From the IMG/VR virus record IMGVR_UViG_3300017963_000231, positions 22,829 to 86,828 of that record: DNA of 64,000 nucleotides. The stretch is one strand, 5' to 3'. Below are positions 1 to 9,099 of the stretch, piece by piece. Made by a program: the position numbers and the translations under genes. Origin of the DNA: a virus. The stretch's first letter is position 1, and the number at the start of each line of letters is the position of its first letter. A model generated the notes under the pieces. The model was given only the letters and a program-made list of their open reading frames with translations, did not search any database and had not been told where the DNA came from.

Positions 1-465
1 CGGTTTTGCATTGGATATCAACCCATTCTTTGGTATGTAAAGAATACTCGGGAGTACACATTTAATTATGGTGCTCAGCAACGGGTATCTACGGCGGCGC
101 TACCATGGGGCCGTCAAAATAACTCTCATTCTATAAAGGACATTTGGGATGATATTCCATTTATATCAGGAGGGTGCATGGCTTCAAAAGAGGCTATCCT
201 AGAGCCTGGAACGAAGAGAAAAGCCCATCCTGCTCAAATGCCGCTGGCGTTGGCAGAGCGGATGCTTCTTTATGCATCGAATGAAGGGGATGTGATACTG
301 GACCCGTTCATGGGGAGTGGGACGGTTCCTTTTGCTTGTAAGGTTTTAAGGAGAAGGTGTATTGGGGTTGAGAAATATCGTTCTTATTATGATTTGATTC
401 TAAGCCGTCTTGATGCCCTGGAGAATGAGATTAAGCGGTCTCCTGAAGAAGAGGTAGGGGAATGA
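1..465 (+). CDS. DNA methyltransferase (N6-A/N4-C family), C-terminal part; 5' end outside the window
   Basis: Frame open from base 1; HPAQMP and VILDPFMGSGT SAM-binding motif, then GVE. Confidence 0.9.
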   Translation, partial: RFCIGYQPILWYVKNTREYTFNYGAQQRVSTAALPWGRQNNSHSIKDIWDDIPFISGGCMASKEAILEPGTKRKAHPAQMPLALAERMLLYASNEGDVILDPFMGSGTVPFACKVLRRRCIGVEKYRSYYDLILSRLDALENEIKRSPEEEVGE

Positions 466-1907
466 AGCTAGGGTCATGGCTTGGGTTGAAGGTGGGGACG
501 GAGATTTCGGAAGATCAGGCCCGAGAAATCCGAGATAGCTTGACGTTCAAAATCTTTCAGTACATGGCTAAGGATGGTGATGATCCGGAAATTGTAGTGG
601 GGTTCAAGGAAGATGAGGATATGCTTTGGATTCCACGGATGGCGATGTGGGATAAGAAGTTGAGGGGTATTCTTAAGGATCTTCCTATGGCGATGCCTGA
701 TTCATCCACGGTGTTCACCTATCCCAAAATCCCGCCAGAACGGCTCCAGATTAATTCTGAGGCCCTGGAAGGCTTTCGGACAAGGGGTGAGCAAGTCAGG
801 CTCATAGAGGGGTTTCTGAAAAGCCCGTGTATCACGCAAAGCATGGGAGGGATACTGCAATCGCCGCCGGGATCGGGTAAGACGGTTATGGGTTCGGAGA
901 TCATAGCAAGACTCGGGATGCGGACGGTTATTCTTGTTCACAAGGAGTTCCTTTTTAGGCAGTGGATTCAGGCTCTTGCGTTGGTATGCCCGGACGTGAC
1001 TGTATCAGTAGTGCGGGGGGTGAAAAAGGTAAAAAAAGCCGATATCACAATTGCCATGATTCAGACGCTCATTTCCGAGAAGTTCCAACAACGGGCTCCG
1101 GATTGGTTTTGGAGGCATTATGGCGTGGTTGCTTGCGATGAAATCCATCGATACGGTGCGAGACGTTGGAGTGAGTGCCTTACCATGTTCGATGCTCCTC
1201 TGCGGATAGGGTTTACGGCTACTCCAAGGAGGAAGGACGGGACTACGAGAATTTTCAAGTGTCATATCGGCCCGGTGGTGGTTGAGGGTAAGAATTTGCT
1301 CTTGACTCCAAAGATCAAGAGGGTGCTTTATAACGGCTCATATCAGGTGCAACCTTGGATGAGAGAGAAAGGCCGGGATGGGAAATTGGGGAGGATCAAG
1401 AGGCCGTTTTTGGAGAAGCTGATTGTGGCTAAGAAAGATCGAGATGCCTTAATTGCTCGTCAGGTGGTATCGGCTTGGAAGGCTGGGCGTAAAGTGATGG
1501 TGATGACATCGAGGCGGGAGCATGCTGAAACGCTTAAGAAGATTACGGAGACGCTGGCCAAGGCTGAGGGGTGCGGGTCTCCCAAGGCGTATTTATATTA
1601 TGGGCAGATGAAGAAAAAGGAGTATGAGGAAGCCGAGGATCACGCGGATATTATTTTCGGGACGTACCAGATGGCACAGGAGGGGCTCGATGTTCCGAGA
1701 ATGGATGTTATGGTCTTGGCGATGCCGAGGTCTGATGTGGAACAAACGATTGGCAGAGTATTACGGGACCATCCGCATAAGCCAACTCCGGTGGTAGTGG
1801 ATGTGATCGATAGGAATATCTCTGATTGCATAGAGTTATTTAATGGTCCCCGGCGAGGAACGTACATTAAGTATAAAGCCAGTGTGGAGAGAGTAGAGAA
1901 AACTTGA
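462..1907 (+). CDS. Superfamily 2 (DExH) helicase
   Basis: SPPGSGKT Walker A, DEIH, TAT, QEGLDVP and QTIGRVLR motifs. Confidence 0.92.
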   Translation: MKLGSWLGLKVGTEISEDQAREIRDSLTFKIFQYMAKDGDDPEIVVGFKEDEDMLWIPRMAMWDKKLRGILKDLPMAMPDSSTVFTYPKIPPERLQINSEALEGFRTRGEQVRLIEGFLKSPCITQSMGGILQSPPGSGKTVMGSEIIARLGMRTVILVHKEFLFRQWIQALALVCPDVTVSVVRGVKKVKKADITIAMIQTLISEKFQQRAPDWFWRHYGVVACDEIHRYGARRWSECLTMFDAPLRIGFTATPRRKDGTTRIFKCHIGPVVVEGKNLLLTPKIKRVLYNGSYQVQPWMREKGRDGKLGRIKRPFLEKLIVAKKDRDALIARQVVSAWKAGRKVMVMTSRREHAETLKKITETLAKAEGCGSPKAYLYYGQMKKKEYEEAEDHADIIFGTYQMAQEGLDVPRMDVMVLAMPRSDVEQTIGRVLRDHPHKPTPVVVDVIDRNISDCIELFNGPRRGTYIKYKASVERVEKT

Positions 1908-1932
1908 CAAAGTTTTTTATATGTGTTATCTT
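1904..1932 (+). promoter_or_regulatory. sigma70-type promoter
   Basis: TTGACA-17 nt-TATCTT. Confidence 0.55.
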
Positions 1933-1946
1933 TAATTGTCAAGGGG

Positions 1947-2426
1947 GTGATTGATTTGAATAGTGAACGGAAGTATCAAAGAGACTATTACGAGAAAAAC
2001 AAAGAGGAAATTCTGCGGAAGCGGAGGGAAAAGTACCAAGGTGATGCGGAATATCGAGCGAAAGTAATGGAGCGGGCTAGGAAATATCGAAAAAAGCAAT
2101 GTCCTTTGACTGAGATTCGAGGTAGAAAAAAGGGTCCGCTTCCTCCGGTTCGAGTTAATGCTAAGTCGGGAAAGCTGGTACAAGCCTACTCTACTGGCTA
2201 TGTGGCCGATAAGTTGGGAATTACTATGCAGACTCTCCGGAAGTGGGTTCGGAAAGGGAAGATACCTGAAACTCCTTATTGGATTTCTACTGGACGGGTC
2301 TGGACTCAGCGAATGGTTAATGCAATGATAAAGGCTAAGGGTGCTTGCCGGAGTACGGGAGGCACGAGATCCAAGAACTACTTTTCTCAGGTAAGAGAAT
2401 CGTGGCCTTGGGATGAAATGAAATAA
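1947..2426 (+). CDS. Basic HTH (MerR/excisionase-like) DNA-binding protein; start uncertain (1947 GTG or 1956 TTG)
   Basis: YSTGYVADKLGITMQTLRKWVRKGKIP HTH pattern; the promoter overlaps the track's 1923 start. Confidence 0.65.
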   Translation: MIDLNSERKYQRDYYEKNKEEILRKRREKYQGDAEYRAKVMERARKYRKKQCPLTEIRGRKKGPLPPVRVNAKSGKLVQAYSTGYVADKLGITMQTLRKWVRKGKIPETPYWISTGRVWTQRMVNAMIKAKGACRSTGGTRSKNYFSQVRESWPWDEMK

Positions 2427-2437
2427 GGAGGTCTAAG

Positions 2438-2767
2438 ATGGCTGAAACAAAGAAAAAGATCAAGGAGATGGGGAAAGTAACCGTTACTCGAACCATGCTT
2501 AAGGCGGGAGTAGAAGAGAAAACGCATGATAAGGAAGAGGAGATCGAAATCACGCCTTTTGTGACTGAGCCCGCGAAAATTGCCGTATCCAAGGGGTTGA
2601 CCTTGAATCTCGGGAATTACCGTTCGGCTCGTATCGATGTATCAGTGGCTATCCCTTGCTATGTGGAAGAGGTAGGGGAAGTTATTGAGCAAGTCAATAA
2701 CCTAGTTGAGGCTCGGGTGATCATGGAAAGGGATTCGGTTCTGAAGGCTGGAAAGAAAGATGCCTGA
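2438..2767 (+). CDS. Hypothetical phage protein
   Basis: Strong RBS (AAGGAGG); in operon with the recombinase. Confidence 0.8.
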   Translation: MAETKKKIKEMGKVTVTRTMLKAGVEEKTHDKEEEIEITPFVTEPAKIAVSKGLTLNLGNYRSARIDVSVAIPCYVEEVGEVIEQVNNLVEARVIMERDSVLKAGKKDA

Positions 2768-3917
2768 TGATCCCAAGCCAAAGACACTTTCGGAGGTTCT
2801 GACGGGTCTTAAGAAGCGGCATGGCGACGGGATTGTTTGTACTCCTTCAGAATCGAGAATATCTTCGCTCGTTCCCCGGTTGTCTACTGGCGTTTTCATG
2901 CTGGATTGGGCTACCGGGGGCGGGTTCCCTATTGGCCGGTTTGTTATGATCAAAGGCGATGAGGGGGCGGGGAAATCGACTATCGCCCTTCGGGTCATAA
3001 CGGCGGCTCAACAAACTTGCCGGTATTGTTACGCCACTTTTGATCCGGAAGCAAAAAGTTTTCCTCATGCATCAGATTGTGAGTGGGAGAAGCATGATGA
3101 TGAGAGTACCACTATGCGAGTGGTCTATGTGGATATTGAGGGGACATTTCTGAATTCTTGGGCTCAAACGGTGGGGGTCGATCTTGGAGACATGCATTTG
3201 AGCCAGCCTGAGATGGCAGAGCAAGCGATTGACATCATTCAGGAGCTTTTGGTTGAGGGTGTTGTTGATCTTGTGGTGCTGGATTCAGTGGCCAGTATGA
3301 GCAATCAAGCGGAACTTTCCAAGTCAGTTGAGGATACCATTGTCGGGAAGGGCGCGATGTTGATGAATCGAGCTTTCCGGGAGTGGGGAGCGGCAATGAA
3401 TCGTTCGGCGCTCGTTACCGGTCGAAAGCCCATGTTCATTTTCATTAATCAGGTTCGAGAGAAGCCGGGAGTTCTTTGGGGGTCTCCTGAAACAGTGCCC
3501 GGTGGGAAGCATCAACTTTTTGCGCCTTCTTTGATTGTCAGGATTCGCTCGAAAACGCCGGACATGAGTAAAGGGACTATACCAAGGCCCTTGCGGTGGA
3601 ATAATGCTTTTACGGTCGAGAAGAGTAAGGTGGGTCCGCCTAAATTGAAGGGAGAATATCAGACTGCGGCAGTGAGTTTTGATGGATTTATTCAGGGCGA
3701 TGTTCTGGATTTTGATACCGTTTTGAAATTTGCTAAGGAAACGGAAGTTTTGGTCCAGGATAAGAAAAAGTGGGTCTATACTCCATCAGGTCTTGTTGGC
3801 CTTAAAAAGGAGTATAGGGTTCAAGGTGATGCCGTAGAAGATTGGATTAAAGATAAAGCTCTTTATGACAAGGTGAAGCGGATTGTATTGAGGAGGGCAT
3901 TGCTTGCCTTATCGTGA
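2760..3917 (+). CDS. recA: RecA/UvsX-like recombinase
   Basis: STG..LD.A.GGGFP.GR, GDEGAGKST Walker A, VVLDSVAS, FINQVREK and PETVPGG motifs. Confidence 0.9.
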   Translation: MPDDPKPKTLSEVLTGLKKRHGDGIVCTPSESRISSLVPRLSTGVFMLDWATGGGFPIGRFVMIKGDEGAGKSTIALRVITAAQQTCRYCYATFDPEAKSFPHASDCEWEKHDDESTTMRVVYVDIEGTFLNSWAQTVGVDLGDMHLSQPEMAEQAIDIIQELLVEGVVDLVVLDSVASMSNQAELSKSVEDTIVGKGAMLMNRAFREWGAAMNRSALVTGRKPMFIFINQVREKPGVLWGSPETVPGGKHQLFAPSLIVRIRSKTPDMSKGTIPRPLRWNNAFTVEKSKVGPPKLKGEYQTAAVSFDGFIQGDVLDFDTVLKFAKETEVLVQDKKKWVYTPSGLVGLKKEYRVQGDAVEDWIKDKALYDKVKRIVLRRALLALS

Positions 3918-4383
3918 CACATGGGGTCGTTCGAGACGGGCTTATGATCATCTCGGGATCGTGGTTGAATCCGAAGCTGAGTTGATAAAATTGCTTCTCA
4001 CGTATGAGGGCGAGGTTAATAGACGGTTCTCCGGCATTTATTCATCGGTTTTGAGTGAGTGCCCAAATGATGGGGAGTTTAAGTCTGATCTTTCTCATCG
4101 AGTAAGAAGCATGTGGGAGGCTAATTTTGCCCGTTGGATGCGGTTTCATCAGATACCTTATGACTATGAGTGTTTTCGATTCCGGCTCAATAATGGGATG
4201 AATTATGTTCCAGATTTTCGGGCATGTCCGTCTGGAATATGGATTGAGGTTAAGGGTATTTGGATGCAGGGGGCCAAAGAGAAGGTGCATCAGTTCATGG
4301 ATGAGTATCCTAATCATCGGATCATCGTATTGGATGAGGAGTATTACCGGATGCTGACTCCGGTTCCAGGATGGGGAAAATGA
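3904..4383 (+). CDS. PD-(D/E)xK endonuclease; start uncertain
   Basis: RSMWEANFAR...YDYE...YVPDF...WIEVKG. Confidence 0.75.
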   Translation: MPYRDTWGRSRRAYDHLGIVVESEAELIKLLLTYEGEVNRRFSGIYSSVLSECPNDGEFKSDLSHRVRSMWEANFARWMRFHQIPYDYECFRFRLNNGMNYVPDFRACPSGIWIEVKGIWMQGAKEKVHQFMDEYPNHRIIVLDEEYYRMLTPVPGWGK

Positions 4384-4589
4384 AAAAAGAGTTGATTCAG
4401 GAGTTCATAGGTGGTAATATAGGCATGTGCAAATATTTGCGGCCTAGTTTTGAATGTGCTAATGATTGCGATGATGATTGTGATAGTTTGGGTATTTGCA
4501 GGGGGTTTGATGGGGTAGTGGTGTACCGTTGCGAGTATTACGGTTATACCATGATGTGTAGGTTTAATAGTTGTCCGTGTTTGAAGTGA
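4380..4589 (+). CDS. Small Cys-rich protein
   Basis: ATGA overlap with the upstream gene; many Cys. Confidence 0.5.
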   Translation: MKKELIQEFIGGNIGMCKYLRPSFECANDCDDDCDSLGICRGFDGVVVYRCEYYGYTMMCRFNSCPCLK

Positions 4590-4602
4590 GGAGGGCTGAG
4601 TA

Positions 4603-5514
4603 ATGGCATTAGGCGATTTGGTAGCAGGGATGGATGTTGAGGAGGAAGAGGCTCCTCGTGATGTTGGTTCAATTTTTCTTTCCGATCTCACTAATTCAAT
4701 TCAAGTAGCTCAACCGTTGGGTCGGTTGGTCAATTACCATGTAACTGAGATTCGTGATATGTGCCCACGCCGGGCGGCTTGGGTCCGTTGGTTTTCGTCT
4801 CAAGGGGCGGCATGGAAGCGGCAGACTCCGGCGGCTTTGCGGGTGACTTTTGATATTGGTCATTTTGCCCATGATTGGGTGACAAGTAAGTATCTTCGGA
4901 ATATGAATTCTGAGCGGTTTTATTTTGATATTGATAATACGGAGGTTCCCGTTACGCTTGACGTGGAAGGGGTCACTTTGGCCGGAAGCATGGATGCGTT
5001 GATCCGAGATGTGAGAGAGGAAGAGACGATTGGGTTAGAATTGAAAACAATCAGTGTAGATCAATTTAATAAAATGAGGGTTGCCAAAATCGATCACCGG
5101 TTTCAGGTTTATCTTTACATGCTCATGACTGGCATTAGGAAGTTCTTAATACTTTATATCGCGAAGCAATATCCCAAGGAATCATCTCCATTTAAGGTGT
5201 TTACAATTGATTTGGAGGATCCAAAAATTCTGAAAGAGTACGAGCAAGCTAAAAGGGAGATGGAAACCAAGTTGTTTTCTATTGGCGAGTGGCTTTTGAG
5301 TTCGGTTACATTTCCTGATAAGAAGAAGCAATGCAAGGATGAGTTTTGCCATGAGGCCATAAATTGTTTTTTTCAGGACGTGTGTTACCGAAAGAAAAAT
5401 TTGGTTGGTTTGTGTGTGGAATCTAAGGCGGCTACTATGGAACTTAAGGCGAAAGATATTGATCTTAGCCAATATGTGGAGGGGGGAGGATGGCCTTTCT
5501 TGGATTGGATTTAA
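4603..5514 (+). CDS. Cas4-like PD-(D/E)xK exonuclease
   Basis: N-terminal CPR, G..AH, GSMD, ELKT, Q...YM and a C-terminal Cys cluster. Confidence 0.8.
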   Translation: MALGDLVAGMDVEEEEAPRDVGSIFLSDLTNSIQVAQPLGRLVNYHVTEIRDMCPRRAAWVRWFSSQGAAWKRQTPAALRVTFDIGHFAHDWVTSKYLRNMNSERFYFDIDNTEVPVTLDVEGVTLAGSMDALIRDVREEETIGLELKTISVDQFNKMRVAKIDHRFQVYLYMLMTGIRKFLILYIAKQYPKESSPFKVFTIDLEDPKILKEYEQAKREMETKLFSIGEWLLSSVTFPDKKKQCKDEFCHEAINCFFQDVCYRKKNLVGLCVESKAATMELKAKDIDLSQYVEGGGWPFLDWI

Positions 5515-6095
5515 GTCTCACGAGCACGGGAATTGTGATTCTCTCGAAGTCAGGGGCTCTTTTGCATAGTAGTGCTTATGGGTACGGGCTTAAGAAGGCC
5601 GGGACTGACGATGAGATTAAGCGACTCTTGGATATAACTAATCGAATTGAATCCGTTGTTTCTGAGTTTCCCATTGAGTGTGTAGGGATCGAGGATTATG
5701 CGTACCGGAGGGCGGGCAGTGGTTCTCAGATTACCCGTCAGGCTGAATTGACAGGCGTTGTCAAGACTACTCTTTATCAATACCGGCTCAAGATTTTCGT
5801 GGTCGGTATATCGCAAGGGAGGAAGATTACGTTTGAGTGCCCGGTTGGCGTGTCTAATGCCGAACGTAAAGAGGGCATGGACATAAAGACAAAAGTGATG
5901 GAGTTGGTTAAAACTAAATATGGGTTGGATTTTGAGACTACTGATGAAGCTGATGCTTTTGTTCTTGCGGAGGCAGTACGGAAGCTGATTGTTCCTGGAA
6001 ACCCGTCTCCAGAGGCATTGAAAGAGCTTCAGAAACTAGAGAGGCGGCAGAAGGGGGCTCCCATTATCAAGAAAGGAGGTAAGCGTGGCAAATAG
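5490..6095 (+). CDS. RuvC-like Holliday junction resolvase
   Basis: LGLDLSLTSTG, IED and DEADAFVLA acidic motifs. Confidence 0.88.
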   Translation: MAFLGLDLSLTSTGIVILSKSGALLHSSAYGYGLKKAGTDDEIKRLLDITNRIESVVSEFPIECVGIEDYAYRRAGSGSQITRQAELTGVVKTTLYQYRLKIFVVGISQGRKITFECPVGVSNAERKEGMDIKTKVMELVKTKYGLDFETTDEADAFVLAEAVRKLIVPGNPSPEALKELQKLERRQKGAPIIKKGGKRGK

Positions 6096-6384
6096 CGTTA
6101 CGGTATCGGGGATGGTAGTAACTCCCGTTCATGAATTGAAAACTCTTTTTGATCATGACTATTTGAATTTCCGTGTAAAAGCGGATGCGGGAAAGGGGTC
6201 GGATATTTTTGTGACGGTCAATGTTTATAGTTATACGCAAATTAAGCTGGCTAAGGATCGAGGACTTAAAAAAGGAGATAGGGTGTGGGTTCAAGGTGAA
6301 CTCATGGCACGCATGACAAATGATTCCGGGCATGACGTAATTGAGGTCCGGGCATTGCAGTTGGATCCAGTTAAGGAGGTTTGA
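6085..6384 (+). CDS. Single-stranded DNA-binding protein (OB fold)
   Basis: NSVTVSG...LKKGDRVWVQGEL pattern. Confidence 0.75.
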   Translation: MANSVTVSGMVVTPVHELKTLFDHDYLNFRVKADAGKGSDIFVTVNVYSYTQIKLAKDRGLKKGDRVWVQGELMARMTNDSGHDVIEVRALQLDPVKEV

Positions 6385-6385
6385 G

Positions 6386-7462
6386 ATGGTTGAAGGTCTT
6401 GAAGATTTTGAGGTAATGGAAAGCGATATTGATGATGCAATTATTGCTGAGGGGGCTGATGCTCTTGATTTTAAGACGGCAGTGATGGAGCTTACGGCTG
6501 AGGAAAAGGACGCTCTTCGGCAGGAAATCAAGGATATTGTGGAGGGAATTGATACCAATATCCTGAAGCTGGGGGGATGTCTCTATAAGGTTCTTGGGTC
6601 CAAATCTTTCCTGGATTGGGGGTTCGAGACTTTTGATGAGTACGCGGAATATGAGGTAAAGCGTAAACGGCGGTGGTGTGAATATATCATGGGGGTCTGG
6701 TATGCCATCACATTTAAGATTCAGAGCGATGAAATCAGGGATCGACTGATAGCGATGGGGACTTCCAAGGCTGGGAGACTCGCGCCTCATATTACCGAGG
6801 AGAATGCTCAAGAGCTTTTGGATGAGGTTGAGACTCTAACCGTGGCCGAAACGGAAGGCCATCTCAGGAAACGCCGCCGGAAAGAAAAGGGGCTACCGGA
6901 GGAGAAAGAAGAGCTTCGGAAGGTGCAACTAGAGTTAACTGTATCACAACGGGACGTGATGAAGTCCGCGTTGGAGGTGGCTCGGGCCGTGGCGGGGGTC
7001 AATGGGACCGGGGAGCAACTTTCGCTGATTTGTACTGAGTTCCTTTCTTCGCATTCGGCTCCTGGGTTGGCTAAAGAGGAGTTGATTGCGGCTCATGTAG
7101 ACGGACTCAAGACGCTTACGGGGTGTAATTACGAGCCTTCAGTTGGCGGGGATATCCTGGCGGTTCTCATGCAAGAGGGGATGAGTAATCCTGAAGGTAT
7201 TAGGTCGAAGATTAAATCGACCGTGAAAGGTCCGCTTACATTGAAAGAGTTTGTGATATTCATGGAAAGTGGAGAGTTTCCGTCCACCGTGGCGACAATG
7301 ACTCCACCGATACCGGCTCCGGATCCGGAGGCATGGGGCGATGAAGAAAGTGATTCGGCAAGTGAGGAGAGCCCGAACGAGGAGATTTCGGGCGATGGTG
7401 GTGAGGTCCAGGATGAGGAGATGGATGAAGAGGGAACTGATGGAGAACTAGAAGATGAGTAG
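6386..7462 (+). CDS. Hypothetical protein with acidic C-terminus
   Basis: RBS AAGGAGG before ATG 6386; long ORF. Confidence 0.8.
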   Translation: MVEGLEDFEVMESDIDDAIIAEGADALDFKTAVMELTAEEKDALRQEIKDIVEGIDTNILKLGGCLYKVLGSKSFLDWGFETFDEYAEYEVKRKRRWCEYIMGVWYAITFKIQSDEIRDRLIAMGTSKAGRLAPHITEENAQELLDEVETLTVAETEGHLRKRRRKEKGLPEEKEELRKVQLELTVSQRDVMKSALEVARAVAGVNGTGEQLSLICTEFLSSHSAPGLAKEELIAAHVDGLKTLTGCNYEPSVGGDILAVLMQEGMSNPEGIRSKIKSTVKGPLTLKEFVIFMESGEFPSTVATMTPPIPAPDPEAWGDEESDSASEESPNEEISGDGGEVQDEEMDEEGTDGELEDE

Positions 7463-7651
7463 ATGGAAAGCCGGGTTTTACCAGTGGCTATCTTTTAGGT
7501 TGCCTCCTACTCTCGTGTATTTTACTGCGATTAGGCTAATGGCTCACGTAACTACGCATTAATACTCAACATATAATGTGAGTGATGCGCGTGCTTTGGA
7601 TGTTATACAATCTTGGGAGGATTTTTTTCAGATTTATGGTGAAAAAAGTTC

Positions 7652-7680
7652 TTGACAAACGGGAATAGACCGGTTATAAT
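7652..7680 (+). promoter_or_regulatory. Perfect-consensus sigma70 promoter
   Basis: TTGACA-17 nt-TATAAT with an upstream A tract. Confidence 0.88.
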
Positions 7681-7689
7681 GCGTTTAGT

Positions 7690-8160
7690 TCATTGAGGAC
7701 AAGGTTCATTGATAATTAGGTAGGCTTTCAATCGAGGGCGGTCATAAAAATGACCCGTGATGGAAACACAAGGCTAAGGCAGGTCCGACAAACCTTTGAT
7801 CCATCGAGATGAGAGACGGCCATCTCTCGTAGGGACCGTTGGAGAGGGATACTCCAAGGCCGCTTTCGATTGAAGGTCTACCTATAAGGTATTCAGATAG
7901 ATGGTCTAAGAAGGCCCTTATCCGGTTTCCCGATAACAAGGGTAGAAATTTATTCCGGATTTGTAGGAGGATTCAAGTTCCTTCAGTCTATTTGAATTAA
8001 CCATGATGACTTGGCTTTCCTGGCTCGGGAAAGTGGTAAGGGCCATTCGATCAGACCTTAAATTTCACGGAGCACTAAGTCATTCGCATGGACGGGTGAT
8101 TTAGGTGGATAACTAGGTTTGTGGTTGATAGTGAGGACCGGGAGTGGGAATCCCCGGCAA
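7690..8160 (+). ncRNA. Candidate large structured non-coding RNA (ends approximate)
   Basis: No + strand ORF of 60 aa or more until near the 3' end; long helices 7717-7741/7860-7884 and 7891-7902/7986-7997 whose non-Watson-Crick positions are all G-U; a third stem at 8001-8014/8075-8091; several internal hairpins. Confidence 0.7.
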
Positions 8161-8188
8161 GTCAAGTGGTGAATGGAGGGAATTTTTT

Positions 8189-8377
8189 ATGGAATTCAAT
8201 AAGCACAACAATGACTTAGTACGTAGGTTAAAGGTTCGCAAGGAGGAGTTCGAGGAGGAGAAGGAGATGCTCCTGAATCATCCTGGCGTTACTGAGGAAG
8301 GGCTAAAAATCACTTTGGCTTGGTTGGATCCTATGCTTGAGGATCTGGAGAATAAAATCAGGGGGTTAGAGGGATGA
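8189..8377 (+). CDS. Small helical hypothetical protein
   Basis: RBS GGAGG before ATG 8189; ATGA coupling to the next gene. Confidence 0.65.
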   Translation: MEFNKHNNDLVRRLKVRKEEFEEEKEMLLNHPGVTEEGLKITLAWLDPMLEDLENKIRGLEG

Positions 8378-8898
8378 CGGGTGGCGGTGTAGTCAAGGAA
8401 AAGGTTTTCATTGAAAAGGTTTTCATTGTTCACATGATTGGAAATCCTACTGATTTTCATGGGAATAAGACTAATTTTCTCAATCTTGTGGAACGGGTTA
8501 AGAAGATTGATGAGGTTAGAGGGTCTAGTTTTGCAGATATCGTGGAGCATTGCATCAAAGTGAAGCAAAGTCTTATCGAATCACGGCATGGAGTGCCCAT
8601 TAATGGAGTTACGGTGGTAATGGCTCCAGGAATGGAGCATTTTGCCATTTCGATTTGTAGTGGGATGGATCAGTTTAGCAGGAAAGTAGGCCGTCTCTTG
8701 GCTTTGAATCGGTTGGCGAATAAATTTGGAGTTCTGACCATGCGACCTAAGAAACGGGTGTATTATGAAGGATATCTGATCCTGATGCCTCCGAATAACT
8801 TCTTGGCCGATGAGGCTACCAAAAGAATCAAAATTCCCGATATTCGGGAGGAGTTGGCGTGGCTGGGGGTGTGGGATGGAGAAGAATCAGGCCGTTGA
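8374..8898 (+). CDS. Hypothetical protein
   Basis: Coupled ORF. Confidence 0.7.
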   Translation: MTGGGVVKEKVFIEKVFIVHMIGNPTDFHGNKTNFLNLVERVKKIDEVRGSSFADIVEHCIKVKQSLIESRHGVPINGVTVVMAPGMEHFAISICSGMDQFSRKVGRLLALNRLANKFGVLTMRPKKRVYYEGYLILMPPNNFLADEATKRIKIPDIREELAWLGVWDGEESGR

Positions 8899-9082
8899 GA
8901 AGCAGTGTTGTTTTATTTGTGAGAAACCGTCGAATTGTCATTGGAAATGCGATTGGTTTGACGGTTATTTTGATTGCAGTGGTAAGGTTCCTTGTGGGTC
9001 GTGTCGAAAGTTTAAGCGGTGTGAACCTTTAATTAAGGTTTGTGTTGTAAGTGACGATAATAAGTCAGTTTTACCAATTTGA
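8876..9082 (+). CDS. Small Cys-rich (Zn-binding) protein
   Basis: CCFIC, CHWKC and CGSCRKFKRC. Confidence 0.55.
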   Translation: MEKNQAVEKQCCFICEKPSNCHWKCDWFDGYFDCSGKVPCGSCRKFKRCEPLIKVCVVSDDNKSVLPI

Positions 9083-9099
9083 AAAAGGAGGTCTAAGGA

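Noticed and set aside
4603-5514. Cas4-like nuclease as the adaptation module for the array
   Set aside because: It sits in the RecA/RuvC/SSB recombination operon, where solo Cas4-like exonucleases are common in phages; nothing links it to the array.
7463-7650. AT-rich gap as replication origin or tRNA
   Set aside because: No iterons or cloverleaf visible; no tRNA was recognised anywhere in the window by eye (tRNAscan-SE would be decisive).
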